From Raillietiella orientalis (taxonomy: Eukaryota), in contig JAYWIR010000019.1 in the NCBI GenBank assembly GCA_036172245.1, positions 372,001 through 436,000 on the forward strand: DNA of 64,000 nt, read 5' to 3'. How positions within the stretch are numbered: the first letter of the stretch is position 1; every line of letters begins with the position of its first letter. This document shows, one piece after another, positions 25,701-38,190 of this stretch. The notes beneath the pieces were generated by a model that ran no database searches, had not been told where the DNA came from, and saw only the letters and a program-made list of their open reading frames with translations. The position numbers were made by a program, and so were the translations under genes.

Positions 25701-26957
25701 CCCGTATCACGGTAAAGGGCACAGGCTCCGAGTCGACGACCTTCCGGGATTCCCGGTGGAACGCCTCGGGGGCTCTCGAAGGGTAAATTCGGAATGGGAA
25801 AGAGAGGAGGAAAAAAATCACCTTTCGGGAATGAGGCGGGCGTGGCTGCGAACGGAGGCGCACTCCCGCCGTTTCCACGGCGACCGTGGAATCAGGCGAT
25901 CGGATGCGACTGCCGCTGGAGAGCGAAATTCACGGTGGTCCTGTGCAGAAGTACCGAGAAATTTCCGCGCGCAAGAGGTCGCGTGCACGCCTTAGGCTAT
26001 GTAGTGACAACAGCAGTGAACAGACAAACGAAAAACCTCGCGAAGATCGGGCTGAGGCGTTCGGAGCTGCCGCGGGGAGCAACTGCCGCTCCACGGGACT
26101 TGACGTCTGACGAACGTCACTGGAGTCCCGGCGACTTGATGTCGGTCCGACGGGTCGGCGGACAGGGAATATGGCGGTTTGCTTCGCTCCAGACGAGGGT
26201 TGTTCGCCCGGTAGAGGAGAGAGCGCACGTGCGCTCCCCGATCCTTCTCCGGAAATTGTTGGAGCCAAGACTCCCCGCGCGCGGGGCGTGGAACCTAGCA
26301 GCAGGGATGTCTGTCGAAATCAGCAACGCCGTGGGGGGTGGCTGCTCCTCGCGAAAGCTTCGACTCCGCGTTCATGGATGTCGTTGTTTTTTTTGTTGTT
26401 GTTTCTTTATTTTGTCGGATGCGCTTTTGCGAGCACGAGGACCAACGGTCCACCCTTGGGATACGCTGCGCCTCGGAAGCTCCGGAAAACACGCTTGTGA
26501 TGTCATCCTGGCAGTTTGTGCAAAAGAGCGAGAAATATTTCCCGAGGGCGTCGGCGAACGCAGCTGCGTGCTTGCCAACTGCTAATTGGTGCAATAATAA
26601 AGCGACCGTGTGACGCAACACTTAATGATACACCAGCGAGCGCGGTCGGGTCCGGTTGCGAGCGTCCCCAGAAGGTCCGCAGAATCCGAATTTTTTTCCT
26701 TTCTCAATGGGGAATGTTTGCATCGCAGCGACCTACTTGCAGCACTGAAAGGCGAAGTTCATGGGAACGGCACGGGCACTGCGTGGGGTCCACTCCGATG
26801 CGCACTCAGGGGCCTCCGATACGCACCCGGGGAACGCAGAGGACTGAGTCCCCCGTTTTCCCGTCTTCGCTTGCAGGGATCAGGGGACACGTAGGTCTCC
26901 CCTCCCCAGTTCCTCTGGCTCTTCCGCCAGTCGAGAAACAGCTGTGCTTTCAAACCG

Positions 26958-27073
26958 CAGCGAATGCGCAACAATGCCTGGGATTCCGTGATGCGGAATC
27001 CTCACCAGCGAATGCGCAACAATGCCTGGGATTCCGTGATGCGGAATCCGCACCAGGGAACGCGCAACAATAC
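26958..27073. repeat. 48-bp tandem repeat, about 2.4 copies, with internal hairpin
   Basis: cagcgaatgcgcaacaatgcctgggattccgtgatgcggaatcc(t/g)cac at 26958-27005 and 27006-27053, then a partial third copy. Confidence 0.9.
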
Positions 27074-27364
27074 CGCGGTCAGAGGAAGCACGTCCGCAAC
27101 AATGTTGCGGTCCGTCCTGGAAGGGGGTGCGCGCTGCAGGAAGAACCACGTCGCGAGCTTTCCGCCGGGTGAACAGAAAGCGAGGGCGGGGCGAGAGCCC
27201 TCGACCGAAGAGCGACAAACACCGCGCCCTCGCCGCGGAGGCGGGCGCCTTCGCTCTCCCATCCTGAAAGGCGGCACGCGCGCTCGCGGAGGCTCCACTG
27301 ACCCGCTAACCGAAGACCTTGCCCTAGGTGTCCCTGAGAGGTCCTCCTCACCACCACTACCAGC

Positions 27365-28083
27365 ATGTACGAGTGCGTCACCGTAAGGAAGGTACGGCGG
27401 TCGCTCACAGCGCAGTTCGAGCAGATCCCCGGCCCTTCGGAGGTTCCAGAGACCAGTCTGAGCGAGGAGACCTTTTTGGAAAGAAGGGGCTACGATTTGA
27501 CCTTTGACGAGGACGCGTTCAACCAGGACTTCTCTCCTGACGGATCAGTGGGACGCGACCCGTCGAACTGGAGCGCTGCGTACGCTACCTTCAGTCGGTG
27601 CACCGTCCGGACGGCCAGACACTGGCGCAAGAATTCGCCCATGCACCGCTCCAGAAGCGTCTGCAGCGACCCGGTGGCATCCTCCCTCCCACACACCCCG
27701 TCCTTCCCCCCGACCAGCCCCCTCTTGAATGCCAGCGGACTCTTCAGCATCCTAGCAGGGGACCAGCTAGGAGACCCGGACTGCGTCATCCAGCGATCCC
27801 TTCCCAGAGCTCAACTTCCCTCCGCGAGGACTTCCGTCTCCCCCCCGGCGAACTGTGCTTCCTCACCACTCGGGGAGCACCACCCGAGTCCCCAGAGGAC
27901 TCCAGCAACACCCCGGTTCTTCAGCCTGAGACGCCTCAAGAAGCTGAGGCGCAGCTACCGAGGACGCTGGTCCCAGGGGTCGATCGTTGCCAGGAGGGGG
28001 TCATTCTTCTCCGACAACGCCAGCAACGAGACCCTGGAACGCCGGCTGGGAGCTGTGAGCATCTTCGGAAGGCAGTCCCCGAG
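27365..28083 (+). CDS. insc: Probable first coding exon of the inscuteable gene (Ser/Pro/Arg-rich, likely disordered N-terminus)
   Basis: A 240-codon ATG-initiated frame ends at a consensus donor (CCG AG|gtgag, phase 2) that matches the phase-2 acceptor at 31478 (cccag|G). The join reads ...GRQSPRRRPVNQWL and gives a 739-aa protein. The linkage is inferred from phase only. Confidence 0.55.
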
Positions 28084-31000
28084 GTGAGACAGGCAAAAGT
28101 CTGGGAGGGGCGCTTGAGAAAAGGATCCGAGAGAAAAAGAAACTGGAGTGCGAGGATGGATGGAGTCGCGAAGCCATGGAGAGATGCGGCGAGGGAGGGA
28201 AATCACCGCGAAAACGGGGGAAGGCCGCACAGGGCGCTTAGGTGCTGCTGTGTGTGTCATATACGTGCATGTATGCACTCACAGGTGCGCGCACTTTTTT
28301 TTTTTTTTTTTATTCTGAATTTGCGCACCCGACATGTTCACTCCTGATCTCAGGGGAGTGTCCTACTCCCCGTGTCCATGCGTGCGGCACATTGCCAAGC
28401 ACGTGCGTGTTCGAGAGCTATGCGTGCGTGCGTATCGCGTGAGTTGCGCGAGAGGGAGGTAGTGCCCCGCCACGTTGCGAGAACCGACTCTTCTTCTTTC
28501 GCTCTCCTTCCCTAACCGGGTGCGTTTCGTTCGGCTTGAAGCACGAGCTTAAGGAGAGTCTCACTAGGTCGTGTGCGGAGCCCCTGACTTCTCAGGAGGG
28601 CTTGTCAGATTGCATTCCAGCGGGCCTGAGGGTCACCGCGATGCCGTCAGCTCCTCCAACAAAGGAGCCAGGTCAACCTTATTGACTCCCCGAATCCCGG
28701 TTTGTGTGTCTGCGTGTGTTTCTGCCATGTTCCCTTCCTTCTTTTTGTCTTTGGGTTGGGTTCAGATGAGCCCCTTGGCTGTCCTTTCACACGTTTGTCT
28801 CCCTGACTTACGACAATACTTCTGCTGCGGCAGCAAAGGACGCACAACAATGGAGGGAACTCTTTGTTGCTGACACACAGGCGAGTAGAAAGCGAGGATG
28901 TTGCCTTTGTCACCACTTTCTAGTTAGTCTCTCCTTGGGCATACCCTAATGTCCTAGGGGGGCATTAGGGTATAAGCCTCCCCAGACCTCCATTCCTTCA
29001 CACCGTAACGGCCGATGAGGGAACTCTTCTCTGTCTTTCCGGGAAATAGCCTTGTTTTCGCGGAATCCAGAGCACACCTTTTCTCCTGAGGGCCTCGATG
29101 GCTCTCCAGCGCTTGCCTCATCCACTCGCCCAGCGGTAGGCGAAGCGGCCGCCTGTAGAGATCCTTCGAGCGATTCTTTCTGGTCCTCTCCCTCTTGCTG
29201 CTTCCCTGAGAAGCGCTGCCGATGAGAAACAGCCACCCGGAAGAGAAGGAGGGACGAGACGAGAGAGCAGTCCCTGAAGAAGACTCTCTGAGAACCAAGA
29301 AACCCAAGGGGCCTGCCCTCATTCCCTTTCGGTTTTCGGAACCCACGAGGGCCGTCGTTCCGTGGCTTCCTGGTGCTCCTGAGTAAACCCCATGCTTCGG
29401 GACGGACGCGGGAAATTTCGTCGCACGCAAAAGTCTCCAAGGAAACTTCCGGGAGCTCGACCGTCCACTCGCTTGCCCCTCTTCGCCATTCCCTCACGTC
29501 CTGCCACTAAGTCTTCTGAAAGAAGAAGAGGAGGAAAGGGGCGAACCGCCACCAGGAAAGGCGGGCTTGTGCCAAGGACTCAGTCTGATGTGCGTTCCCT
29601 CCCCCCTCCCCCTCCTGGGCTGGCTCCCTCCAGGAGAAGGAGCAGCGAGCGTCCTCCTCCAACGGGGAAGATTCCATCCGTGCGACAGCAGTGCTCGGTT
29701 AGGGCCAGCCGCGACCAGCGACACGGACGCCCGGCGTCGGAAGGCACAGAGGTGGCGGTCCGTTTCGAATCTTTCCGCTCGCTGGAAGACGCTCAGTCTG
29801 AAGGCGCCGGGGAGTGCCCGGGGGGGCACGAAATGGTCCTCTTCGCGTGACGCACATGGCATTCCATGCGACTGGTGCCTGCGGGCAGCGGCAGCTCCGC
29901 TTCCGACCACCTCGCACCCCCTGCGCGATGCGCAGGAAACGCAGCTGCTCCTGCTGCTGGGGCCCGCTGGCGGCGTTGGCGGCTCCCCTTCCGCAGTTCC
30001 GCCGCCGGGCTGCGGCACCGTTGGCTCGAGTGGCAGCTGCACCGGAACTTCGGGAGAACGATGGGTCCCTTGGGCGCGCCCCAGATTCCTCTTCTCCTCC
30101 CTGTTTCCTAAAAGCGTCACCGGGCCGATCTTTCAAGACCGGATTCCTCCAGGCAGGTGTTCGCGGTCGGTAGGCGGGCTGAAGGCGGCTCACCACGGGA
30201 GTGAAGACGGGGAGCAGGCCGGAATCAGGGAAGTGGAGACCCCCCACTGCGGCCGCAGTGATCCTCTGGAGCGGAGGAGAGGGGGTGGCGGCGGACGAGG
30301 TTCGCCGAGCACGCGGGGCGATTCGTGACGTGCACGAGGAGGAGGAGGCATTCGACCTCCACAGGAGCGAGCGGTCGGCGGGAAGCAGTGACCCGGGAGC
30401 AAAGGCTGGTGAGCGCGCCCTTGGGGCGACTCCAGCAACTCCGACCGTCTTCTGCCTCCCCTTTCCTCCTCTTTTCTTCTGCTCGTCGCTGTCACTTGGA
30501 TTCACGAAGGGTTGCCGCCATCCCGAAGGACCAATGGACCATTATCTTCCCCCGCTCTCTGACCCCAGAGTCTCCAAATGACCCGGACGGCCTCCCTGCC
30601 GGCGCGGCGTCTCAGACCTCCACCTCTTCAGCGAGCATCCCACGTGAACTCAGAGGCAGGTCACGATCAGGTCCAGCGTTGGGAACCCGCGAACACATAC
30701 ACACACCTTCTTCCCGAACCGTAGATCCACCCTTGCCGGCTCTCGGAACAGAACGTGTCCCTGCTCTTCAAGCTCCAGTCCGAGGTCTCCGCGCGCGCTG
30801 AGTGACCAGCTGTACAGCACGCTTGTGGATCCTATTTGAACGGACCCAGGCACATCGCGAAAGAAAGCTGTATCAATCGCATGGTCGTAACGCGACTTCC
30901 AGGGACAAAGGTCGTCCCGCATCGTCGTTTCCCAAGACATTTATTCTCGGCCGATGCGCCTAGGGTACCGTTCGACTGTTTTGCCTAAGGCATTCTGTAC

Positions 31001-31478
31001 TCTCACACATTCCTTCGAACGAATCCAAAGAAAAAAAAAGTTGCGTCGGCTGATTGCATGGGCCCTCTCAGAATGGATTTTTGGACTTCCACTCTGGGAA
31101 AGAAAGTCACTGAGACCTCAGCTTTCCAATCGAACGCATGGAGGCTCACGACTGCAAGACCTTGGTTCTTCTGCTCTTGATGTCTTCCTTGGTGTCTTCT
31201 TTCGGTGGCCATCTTTTTGGTGTCTTCTTCCCCCGAGATCCGGCTCCTTCATTCCCTCCCCCTGTTCCGTCTCTTCCGTTGAGGTCCTCCCTCTCTACCC
31301 ACTCCCCCCGTTCCGCGTCTTTCTCTGCCGAGATCGACCTCCCTCCTCCCCGTATTGCATGCCTGCTCTTCTCGTGCTCTGCTTTTCCTCCTTTTCTGTC
31401 GCCTCCTCCCCACGGCGCCCCGAGGGTCTTCGATGGTGACGATGACCCCGCCTGATCCGCGTGATCTATGCGTCCCAG

Positions 31479-33390
31479 GAGGAGGCCGGTAAACCAGTGG
31501 CTCGATGAGATGCGGTTCGTCACGGAAGCGGAATGCCTCCACATGCTGCAGAGCAAATCCCTGGGGATGAGCGACGACTCGAAGGGGGTGGCGGCCATCC
31601 GGAACTGCCGCGAGCTCCTGGAGACGGTGGGCGCCCGCGTTGGGTTCGTCATCGAGGAGATCCGCACCTTCAGCAAGTGAGTGCTGGGAGTGAGCGCTGC
31701 TCCCCAGACGGTCCCGCCCTCCTCTAGGCTCCTGGAAGGGAAGGAGGAGCTGGTGCGCCAGCTGGAGACCTTCCTGCTGGACTTCCATGCCACGCGGGAC
31801 ACCATGCTGATGTCCGACCTTGTGTCGCGGGCTAACGCAGACCTGCGCTGCGCCGTCAATTCGCTGGATTCCCAGCTGGCCGAGCAGGAGTCCCTGTTCC
31901 TGCGCATCCTGGACAGCCTGCGCTCCGACCTGTCTTCCGGCGACCTCTCCCGGGTGGTCATGGCGCTCCTGCCCGCCTTCCGCAAGCTCGCGCGTCTGAT
32001 GCTGGGCGCGGTGCTCAGGGTGAGCCCCTCCCGCAGCGTAGGTCTGTTCAGCGGCCCCCTTCCAGGTGGTCCAGTGCGGCCTAGAGGACGCGCGCGCCGA
32101 GCTCACCACCAAGGCCTCGCTCCTGTGCATCACGCAGGCGGCTCATCCGCCTCTCACCGAGCTGATGATCCGCCAGGGTCTCCTGCGCTCCCTGCTGCAC
32201 TTGGGCTCCCAGCAGAACATGGGATACTCGCGGCTGCTCACCCTCCGCGCCCTCAACTCGGCGTGCGTCAATGGAGACGCCATCCGCCAGTGCTTCCTGG
32301 TGAGGGCGGCACGCATGCTTGACGTCCGCAAAGACACGCGCTCTTTTTTCTTTCCAGGGGGGCGTGGTCAAGCTCTTGACCCGCGTTCTGACGGACACGT
32401 TTGAGGAGGAACGGGCCGAGGCGGGCACGCTGCTGGCGCAGCTGACCTCGCCGTGCACCGAGGACGACACGCTCCTGTGCGCCGTGCTGCACGCGGCTCC
32501 CTGCCTGATCCCCCACCTCACAGGTAGGCGGAGCGGGCCCTCTGCCCGTATCTTCTAAATGTCTTCCTCGGTGTCTGCTTTCGGTGGTCTTCTTTTTGGT
32601 GTCTTCTTCCAACGAGGTCCGCCTCCCTCCTCCCTCCCTGCTCCGTTGAGGTCCTCCTTCTTCACCTCTTCCTCGCCGCCATTTCGCAGCGTCCCCTCCC
32701 CTCCCTTTCCTCCCCAGAGCTGTGCCGCTCCGCCCGCACCGAGTCGGCCTTGTGCGGCGGGGCAGCCGCCCTCGCTAACCTCACCTTCCTGGACCGGGGC
32801 TGCATGAAAATCATGGAGGAGTTTAGCACGGCGACGGCCGTCATCCAGGCCGCCCAGACGCGGCCCGACCTCAATGCCTTCACGCGGGACCAGGTCGTCA
32901 CGGTCATCGCCAACCTAGCCGCCCGCGGCGAGGGGCGCCGCCAGGTGGTGCGGCACGGAGGGCTGCTGCTGCTCATGTCGTGGCTGCAGACCAACCCCAA
33001 CCAGGCAGTCTCGTCCGACGAGCGCGCCGCCTGCGAGCGCGTGCTGCAGAAGGCGGCGGTGGGTCTGGCGCGCATCTGCTGTGAAGTGGCCTGCGCCCAG
33101 CAGGCGGTGCGCTACAGCGGCGTCTCCCGCCTTGTGGGACTCTGCCGTGATCCCCGGTCGCGCGTGCACAGCGATGCCGTCCTCATCGCCTGCCTGGTAA
33201 GATGGCATACTCTTCCTTCTTTCATCCCCCTCCCTTCCTCTCCCCTCTTCCCGAGCAGGCCGCTCTGAGGAAGCTGGTGGCATGCTGCGGGATGGACATC
33301 GTCCGAGGAGAGCACGCGGAGGACCTCGTCGTGCCGTGCATGTTAGATTCCTTCCTCATGTACTCCTCCAAGCCGGAAAGCTACGTGTGA
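31479..33390 (+). CDS. insc: Inscuteable homolog (spindle orientation adaptor); exons 31479-31676, 31728-32019, 32066-32299, 32358-32523, 32718-33196, 33259-33390
   Basis: PVNQWLDEMRFVTEAECLHMLQSKSL matches the Insc LGN/Pins-binding peptide. It is followed by armadillo-like helical repeats (AAALANLTF, DQVVTVIANLA, ERVLQKAAVGLARIC, SDAVLIACLAALRKL) and a C-terminal PDZ-binding motif ESYV*. All five introns (51, 46, 58, 194, 62 nt) are GT-AG and preserve frame. Confidence 0.92.
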
Positions 33391-33859
33391 CTTCACAAGC
33401 GAGAAAGAAGGCGAAGACCTTCCGAATAAAGAAGAAAGCAGATGACCCTTCCTTCGTGCCGATGGACCCTCCGTCGCAGGGGCCACTGGCAGGCGAACGG
33501 GCTGGGGAAGGGGACGGAGAGCCTCCCCGAAGGGAAGCGGCTCAGGAGGTAGGCAGGGCAGGGAGCAGCTGGAAGGAAATGAGCCAGTCGGTTACAGAAA
33601 GGGCATTTTCCTTTCGTTGTACCGGAGCTCCGTCCGAGATGCGCCCTGCAGTGGCCGCTGCTGGCTGACCGCCGCCTCTCGCTGGTGGCCATCGCGGAGC
33701 AAACGGAGGCTGCAGCGTTCGAGGAATCGCTCGCGCTGAAGAAGAGAGGGGTGTTACGCTGCAGCCTGACGATAATGACCTCCCCTTTGGTCTCACTCCA
33801 ACTCCAGCTTCTTCCCCCCCTGCTCCTCTTCTTCCTTCATCCTTCACAAGAGAAAAAAG

Positions 33860-33990
33860 GGCAACGAACCCTGGACCAAGAACCCTATGCAAAGAGCACC
33901 GGACCAACTCGAGACGATAAGACTTTAGGCAACGAACCCTGGATCAAGAACAGCAATAGACAAGGAGCACTGGACCAAAAGCACTGGTCA
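33860..33990. repeat. Degenerate short tandem repeat downstream of the insc stop
   Basis: ggcaacgaaccctgga(c/t)caagaac at ~33860 and ~33928, with interspersed gagcac(c/t)ggaccaa units. Confidence 0.65.
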
Positions 33991-36900
33991 GAGAAGACCA
34001 TGCATGAACCAGACGCTCCGAGAGTACTGGAAGATGTATCGAAGAAGTCTACCGACTCTCCAGGCAGCTGTTGGACACTGGTTGCCCTCCCCCCCTTTGT
34101 GGACTGACACCGCATCCTTCTGGCTACCAGAGTGCGGGGCCCAAAGTTCCTTCCCTATGCCCTGCTTCTCTGCCAGCTGCCTCTTCTCGGTGGGATCCTA
34201 GAAGTCTTCTCGCCCGCACTCTCGCGGCAGACGTGGGAAGCGAGTCGGGACGCTTAAACGGGAGCTCGATCCACTTAGGGCGGGGCGCAGATTTCCAGGT
34301 GACCAGAGAAGGGGTGGGTTGGAGGTAGGTTTCTTGCCTTCAAATCACTTCAGAGGTCCCGTGACCGCGAGTCACTACCAAATCGTGAACGGGTGCTCCC
34401 GCGGACCCGCCTTTTCTCCAAGCTTCTTCATCCGTCCATCTCCTAGTCCTACTTTTCTCGAGGCATGTGATCATTACCAGGATTGGGAAGGGGAGGGGGT
34501 GGAGAACGCAATTAATGGTTGCAATGCACTGCACATGTCCGAAAGGCAGGTTTAAAAATAGTAGAATAGGTGGCGCCATTAGCCTCAGCACAGGGGTGCG
34601 TCGTGTTTGCCGGTTTCCTTGCAATGCCACCGCCGTGCTTCCCAGGAAACGAACCTTCGTGCCAAGGAAAGGCGGTGGGAATGGCCGTTCTCTTCCGCAG
34701 CAGCTTCCCCGTCGCTCCTTCCGTCGAATGCAGTGGCTGTCCCTCCCTCGAAACGGACCAACGTTGTCTTCACCTGGCAGGATGAGTGAGAGAAGACGTG
34801 CATGCAGTCTGCATCTTCGCAGTCCTCGTGAAGGAACCCTCCGTAGCTCCAAAAGGCCTCGGATGCCTCTGGCGATTCCAGAACATGTTCAGCTTCTAGG
34901 CCAGCGTGTATTGAAATGTCAACACCTGCCACAACCAAGGAACTCGACCAAGACGCCAAAAAATCACCAATCGCTTGGTGTTTGTTATCAACGCTCGCGT
35001 TGCTAACAAACGTCGACGTAGGCTTCCTGATGCTGACGAGACTCAGTGCCTCTCGCACTAAAATTTTCAACGATTTTTTCAAAAATAAAATTACATATTT
35101 ACTAAGGAAATTGATATCTGCCCAGAAAGTGCACCAAGAACAAGTGGCGAAGGGACTTCTCCACGGTGCAAATTCGAAAGTTGCGTGATCCCTAAGCAAC
35201 ACGACAATTTATTTCTTAAATGCAGTTATCACTCACTTTTACAGGAATTTTGAAACGAGATTGCGATTTTTTTTTTCTTCTACCAGTTAGGTGAAAACCC
35301 TTAAGCAAGGCATGTTTCCAGTAAAGGAAGAAAAACAAAACAAAAAAATAGAGTTGTCTTTTTTTGTTGTTGTTGTTCAACTTAGAAAATCGGAAATGCG
35401 TTAATATCAAAACGTTCGCGACAAGAAAGAATTTCCATCCTTCCATGATTTTTTCTTCTTCTTGTACGCGTTCGTGGCAAGCCGTTGCTGGCTCCTTTGA
35501 ACCCATACATTCCCTTCACTGAAGGAGACTTCAGTAACGCTGTCGAGCATTTTCGAAAAGTTGCCTAATAGGAGGTTTCCGAATGAGGACAAATCGAATA
35601 ACAGCCGACGGATAACGGAAGCGTTCCTCAAGCAGCCTCAGTACCTATCTGCGACTCGATGCTTCACCCCACTTTTGCCCGCCTGCCTCAAGTGCAGCAT
35701 TCCTCCTTCGCTGGTGTGAAACGCGACGAATTCGAAGCCCCACTTGGATGTGTTTACTGCAAAACACGCTTTTTTGTTTGCGTACTTTCTTCTTCTTCTC
35801 CTTCTTCCATCACACATTTCTGCTCGCGACCCCAGCCTTAGAGGAAAAAAATTGATTATGTTATTCCCTTGAATGATTAGCAGCAGGCTGCCTTGCTAGA
35901 GGAAACAAAGGAAAGGCAGAACACACGTTTGCAATTTGTTACATCAAACCATGCTGGCTCTAGCTTTCGGGAACAAAGAAGCTGAAGTTCGATCACACTT
36001 GTTTACATCTCTTTGGCTTCTGCTAAGCCGAAGTACCGTGTGCCTAGCAGTGGGAAGGATGGGGATGCAGTCCTCGTGACAATACTTGGATCAGATGTAT
36101 CTGCAGAGAAACCTGAGTTTGGAGCATCGACGCCGTGGACGTGAAAAGCCAGCGAGGCGTCTTCGAATCTCTTTGTCCTGTGGGGTCTGTGCCAGTGGGG
36201 ATCGTGCCGCCGTGCCTCAAGGTCCCTTCGGAGGAAAAGCCGTCCGTGGGAGACAAGACTGGAGCTTTCCTTCTCCTGCATCCGACCAGGAAACAAATCC
36301 TCGGTGGTGTGCCTGACTTCGCCCACTGCCCTCCCTTCGTGACCCTGGACAGAATTCGACTTTGCTTCCCGTCCCGTATTTTCCAGCGGAACATAAACAT
36401 TCTCAAGAAAGGACAAGGGATCTTCTTGAGAATAATTTCCCCGATCAGCAATCAGAAATAAAGTTCGACGATTTCATCATCTCCTCCGGTCTTTCGCGCT
36501 TGCATTGTGGGCTCCATGTGAAAGCAGCGTTCTGCGCCGCGATCGCAAGAAAATGCGATCACCACTGTGGGAAGAGCTAGCTGGACAGATGGGTGCCTTT
36601 GGACTTCGCCTGTAACACTGAATCTATGAGATTTCCTGAAGCAGCATTTCCCAATCTGTGTTCGAGGAAACTCTCTTTTCTTTTGTTTCTATGGTTCCCA
36701 GCAGCATTTGAACGCCTGCATGCAAGGCAGCATGATGAAAAGTGAGCGGAGTCTACTACTCGTAGTTTCAACGACCGCCCGATTCATTTTCTATACCACT
36801 GCCTATTCCTTCTACGTCACGAGTGTGTGTGCCACTGGAAAAACTAGAGGGATGACAGAGTGACGGCAATGCTCATTAAATGGACACCTGTTGCATGCTC

Positions 36901-37526
36901 ACAGTAGAGTTGGATGCAAGTTAAAAAAGCAGGAGCATTACTGATCCATTTGACCGTCACTTACCGTATGATGAATTGCCTATTTACGTATAATGAATCC
37001 TGTATTATGTAAAACATCACTTGCACTGATGCCACTATACGTCAGAAAAACATGCTTGTATTTAAGCGTAGCATGGAAAATCACATAAACACGCCGGTCC
37101 ATAATTAGGTGAAGATCCCTCGGAATTTTTTTTATTAATGCAAAAGAAATCAACTGCGTGCATCGATTAGACTTGAGGATTGTTGGATTTGTAAGTTTCA
37201 CGTACACATCCTCCATGCTGAAACCTGTTGAATAAACCTGTTGGCACCCATTTTTGTCACAGAGATTGAGGAAACAGTTGGAAGGATCTTCCAGCTGTTT
37301 CCTCAACTGTTTGCGACAATTATGCAAGTTGAGAAAGTGGTGAACGACGCGGCACGTAGCAGGAAGGAAATCTTCCATGGGCACGAAATTCTTCTTGCAG
37401 CTCCATAACTTGTGGGATCGCCGCTCCATGTCTGCTTAATCATAGCATAGCGCATCCAAGTAAAACACGACATTTCGTCGCAGATTTGCAAAGTACGATG
37501 ACGTTTGACCACCAAATTCTCGACCC

Positions 37527-38190
37527 CCAGCGCTGAAGAACGACCGGGCCCTCCCCTGAAATGGCAGGAGTCGGCGTTTCAGGTGTTGCATTGGGGACTC
37601 CCCAGCAACGCCAGCCGGCCTCACTGGACGAGGGGGGCTGTGGACCCGAACTGTGTCAGGTGTGGGGAGAGGAAATCCCTCCTGCACCTGCTTATTGACT
37701 GTGTTGCCCTCCGGCCCCTGTGGTTGCGATTCGCAACGGCCCTAGGTGCACCAGTGAACTCTGCCAGGGACGTGTTCAAGCGCCTCTTTGTGCGCGATGC
37801 CCATTCGTTTGCCGCAGTCCTAGCAGCTCTTCGCTGCCTACGAGGGATTGTGGCGGCCTGGAGCAACGCCGCTGGTGGACAGAACGATAGGGACGCCATC
37901 GGCTCCGCCCTGCGCTTCCTGAGGACGGCAGCCGGATGGTCCCATCTGGGACGCATGCGGAATGAACTTGCCGGCATCCTGGAAAGGACGCCCTCCAGCG
38001 GACCTCCCGAACCCCCCAATTCTTTTTGTAAATAGTGTTTTTGTTTTTATTTTTGTTTGTCCCCTCCCCCTCCGCTGTAGAGGCGAACCTCGCCGGTCTG
38101 CGTGCCGGTTACTCGGCAGGTCCCGAACTCTTTCGGACGTTGTAGGGCCGATGGCCCTACACATGTTTGTGCGGCGCACCAGGGTGTGAA
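37527..38190 (+). mobile_element. 5'-truncated non-LTR retrotransposon (Tx1/L1-like) with C-terminal CCHC zinc finger
   Basis: ORF 37505-38035 encodes AFQVLHWGLPSN..NCVRCGERKSLLHLLIDC..LW, a zf-RVT-like motif. The insert is flanked by a 16-bp direct repeat with one mismatch: accaaattctcgaccc (37511-37526) and accacattctcgaccc (38191-38206). Confidence 0.82.

Noticed and set aside
26958..27073. CRISPR-like palindromic repeats
   Set aside because: The units are head-to-tail with no unique spacers, there are only ~2.4 copies, no cas genes are present, and the context is eukaryotic.
31146..33283. Long minus-strand ORFs (279 and 294 aa and others)
   Set aside because: These are antisense shadows of the GC3-rich insc exons.
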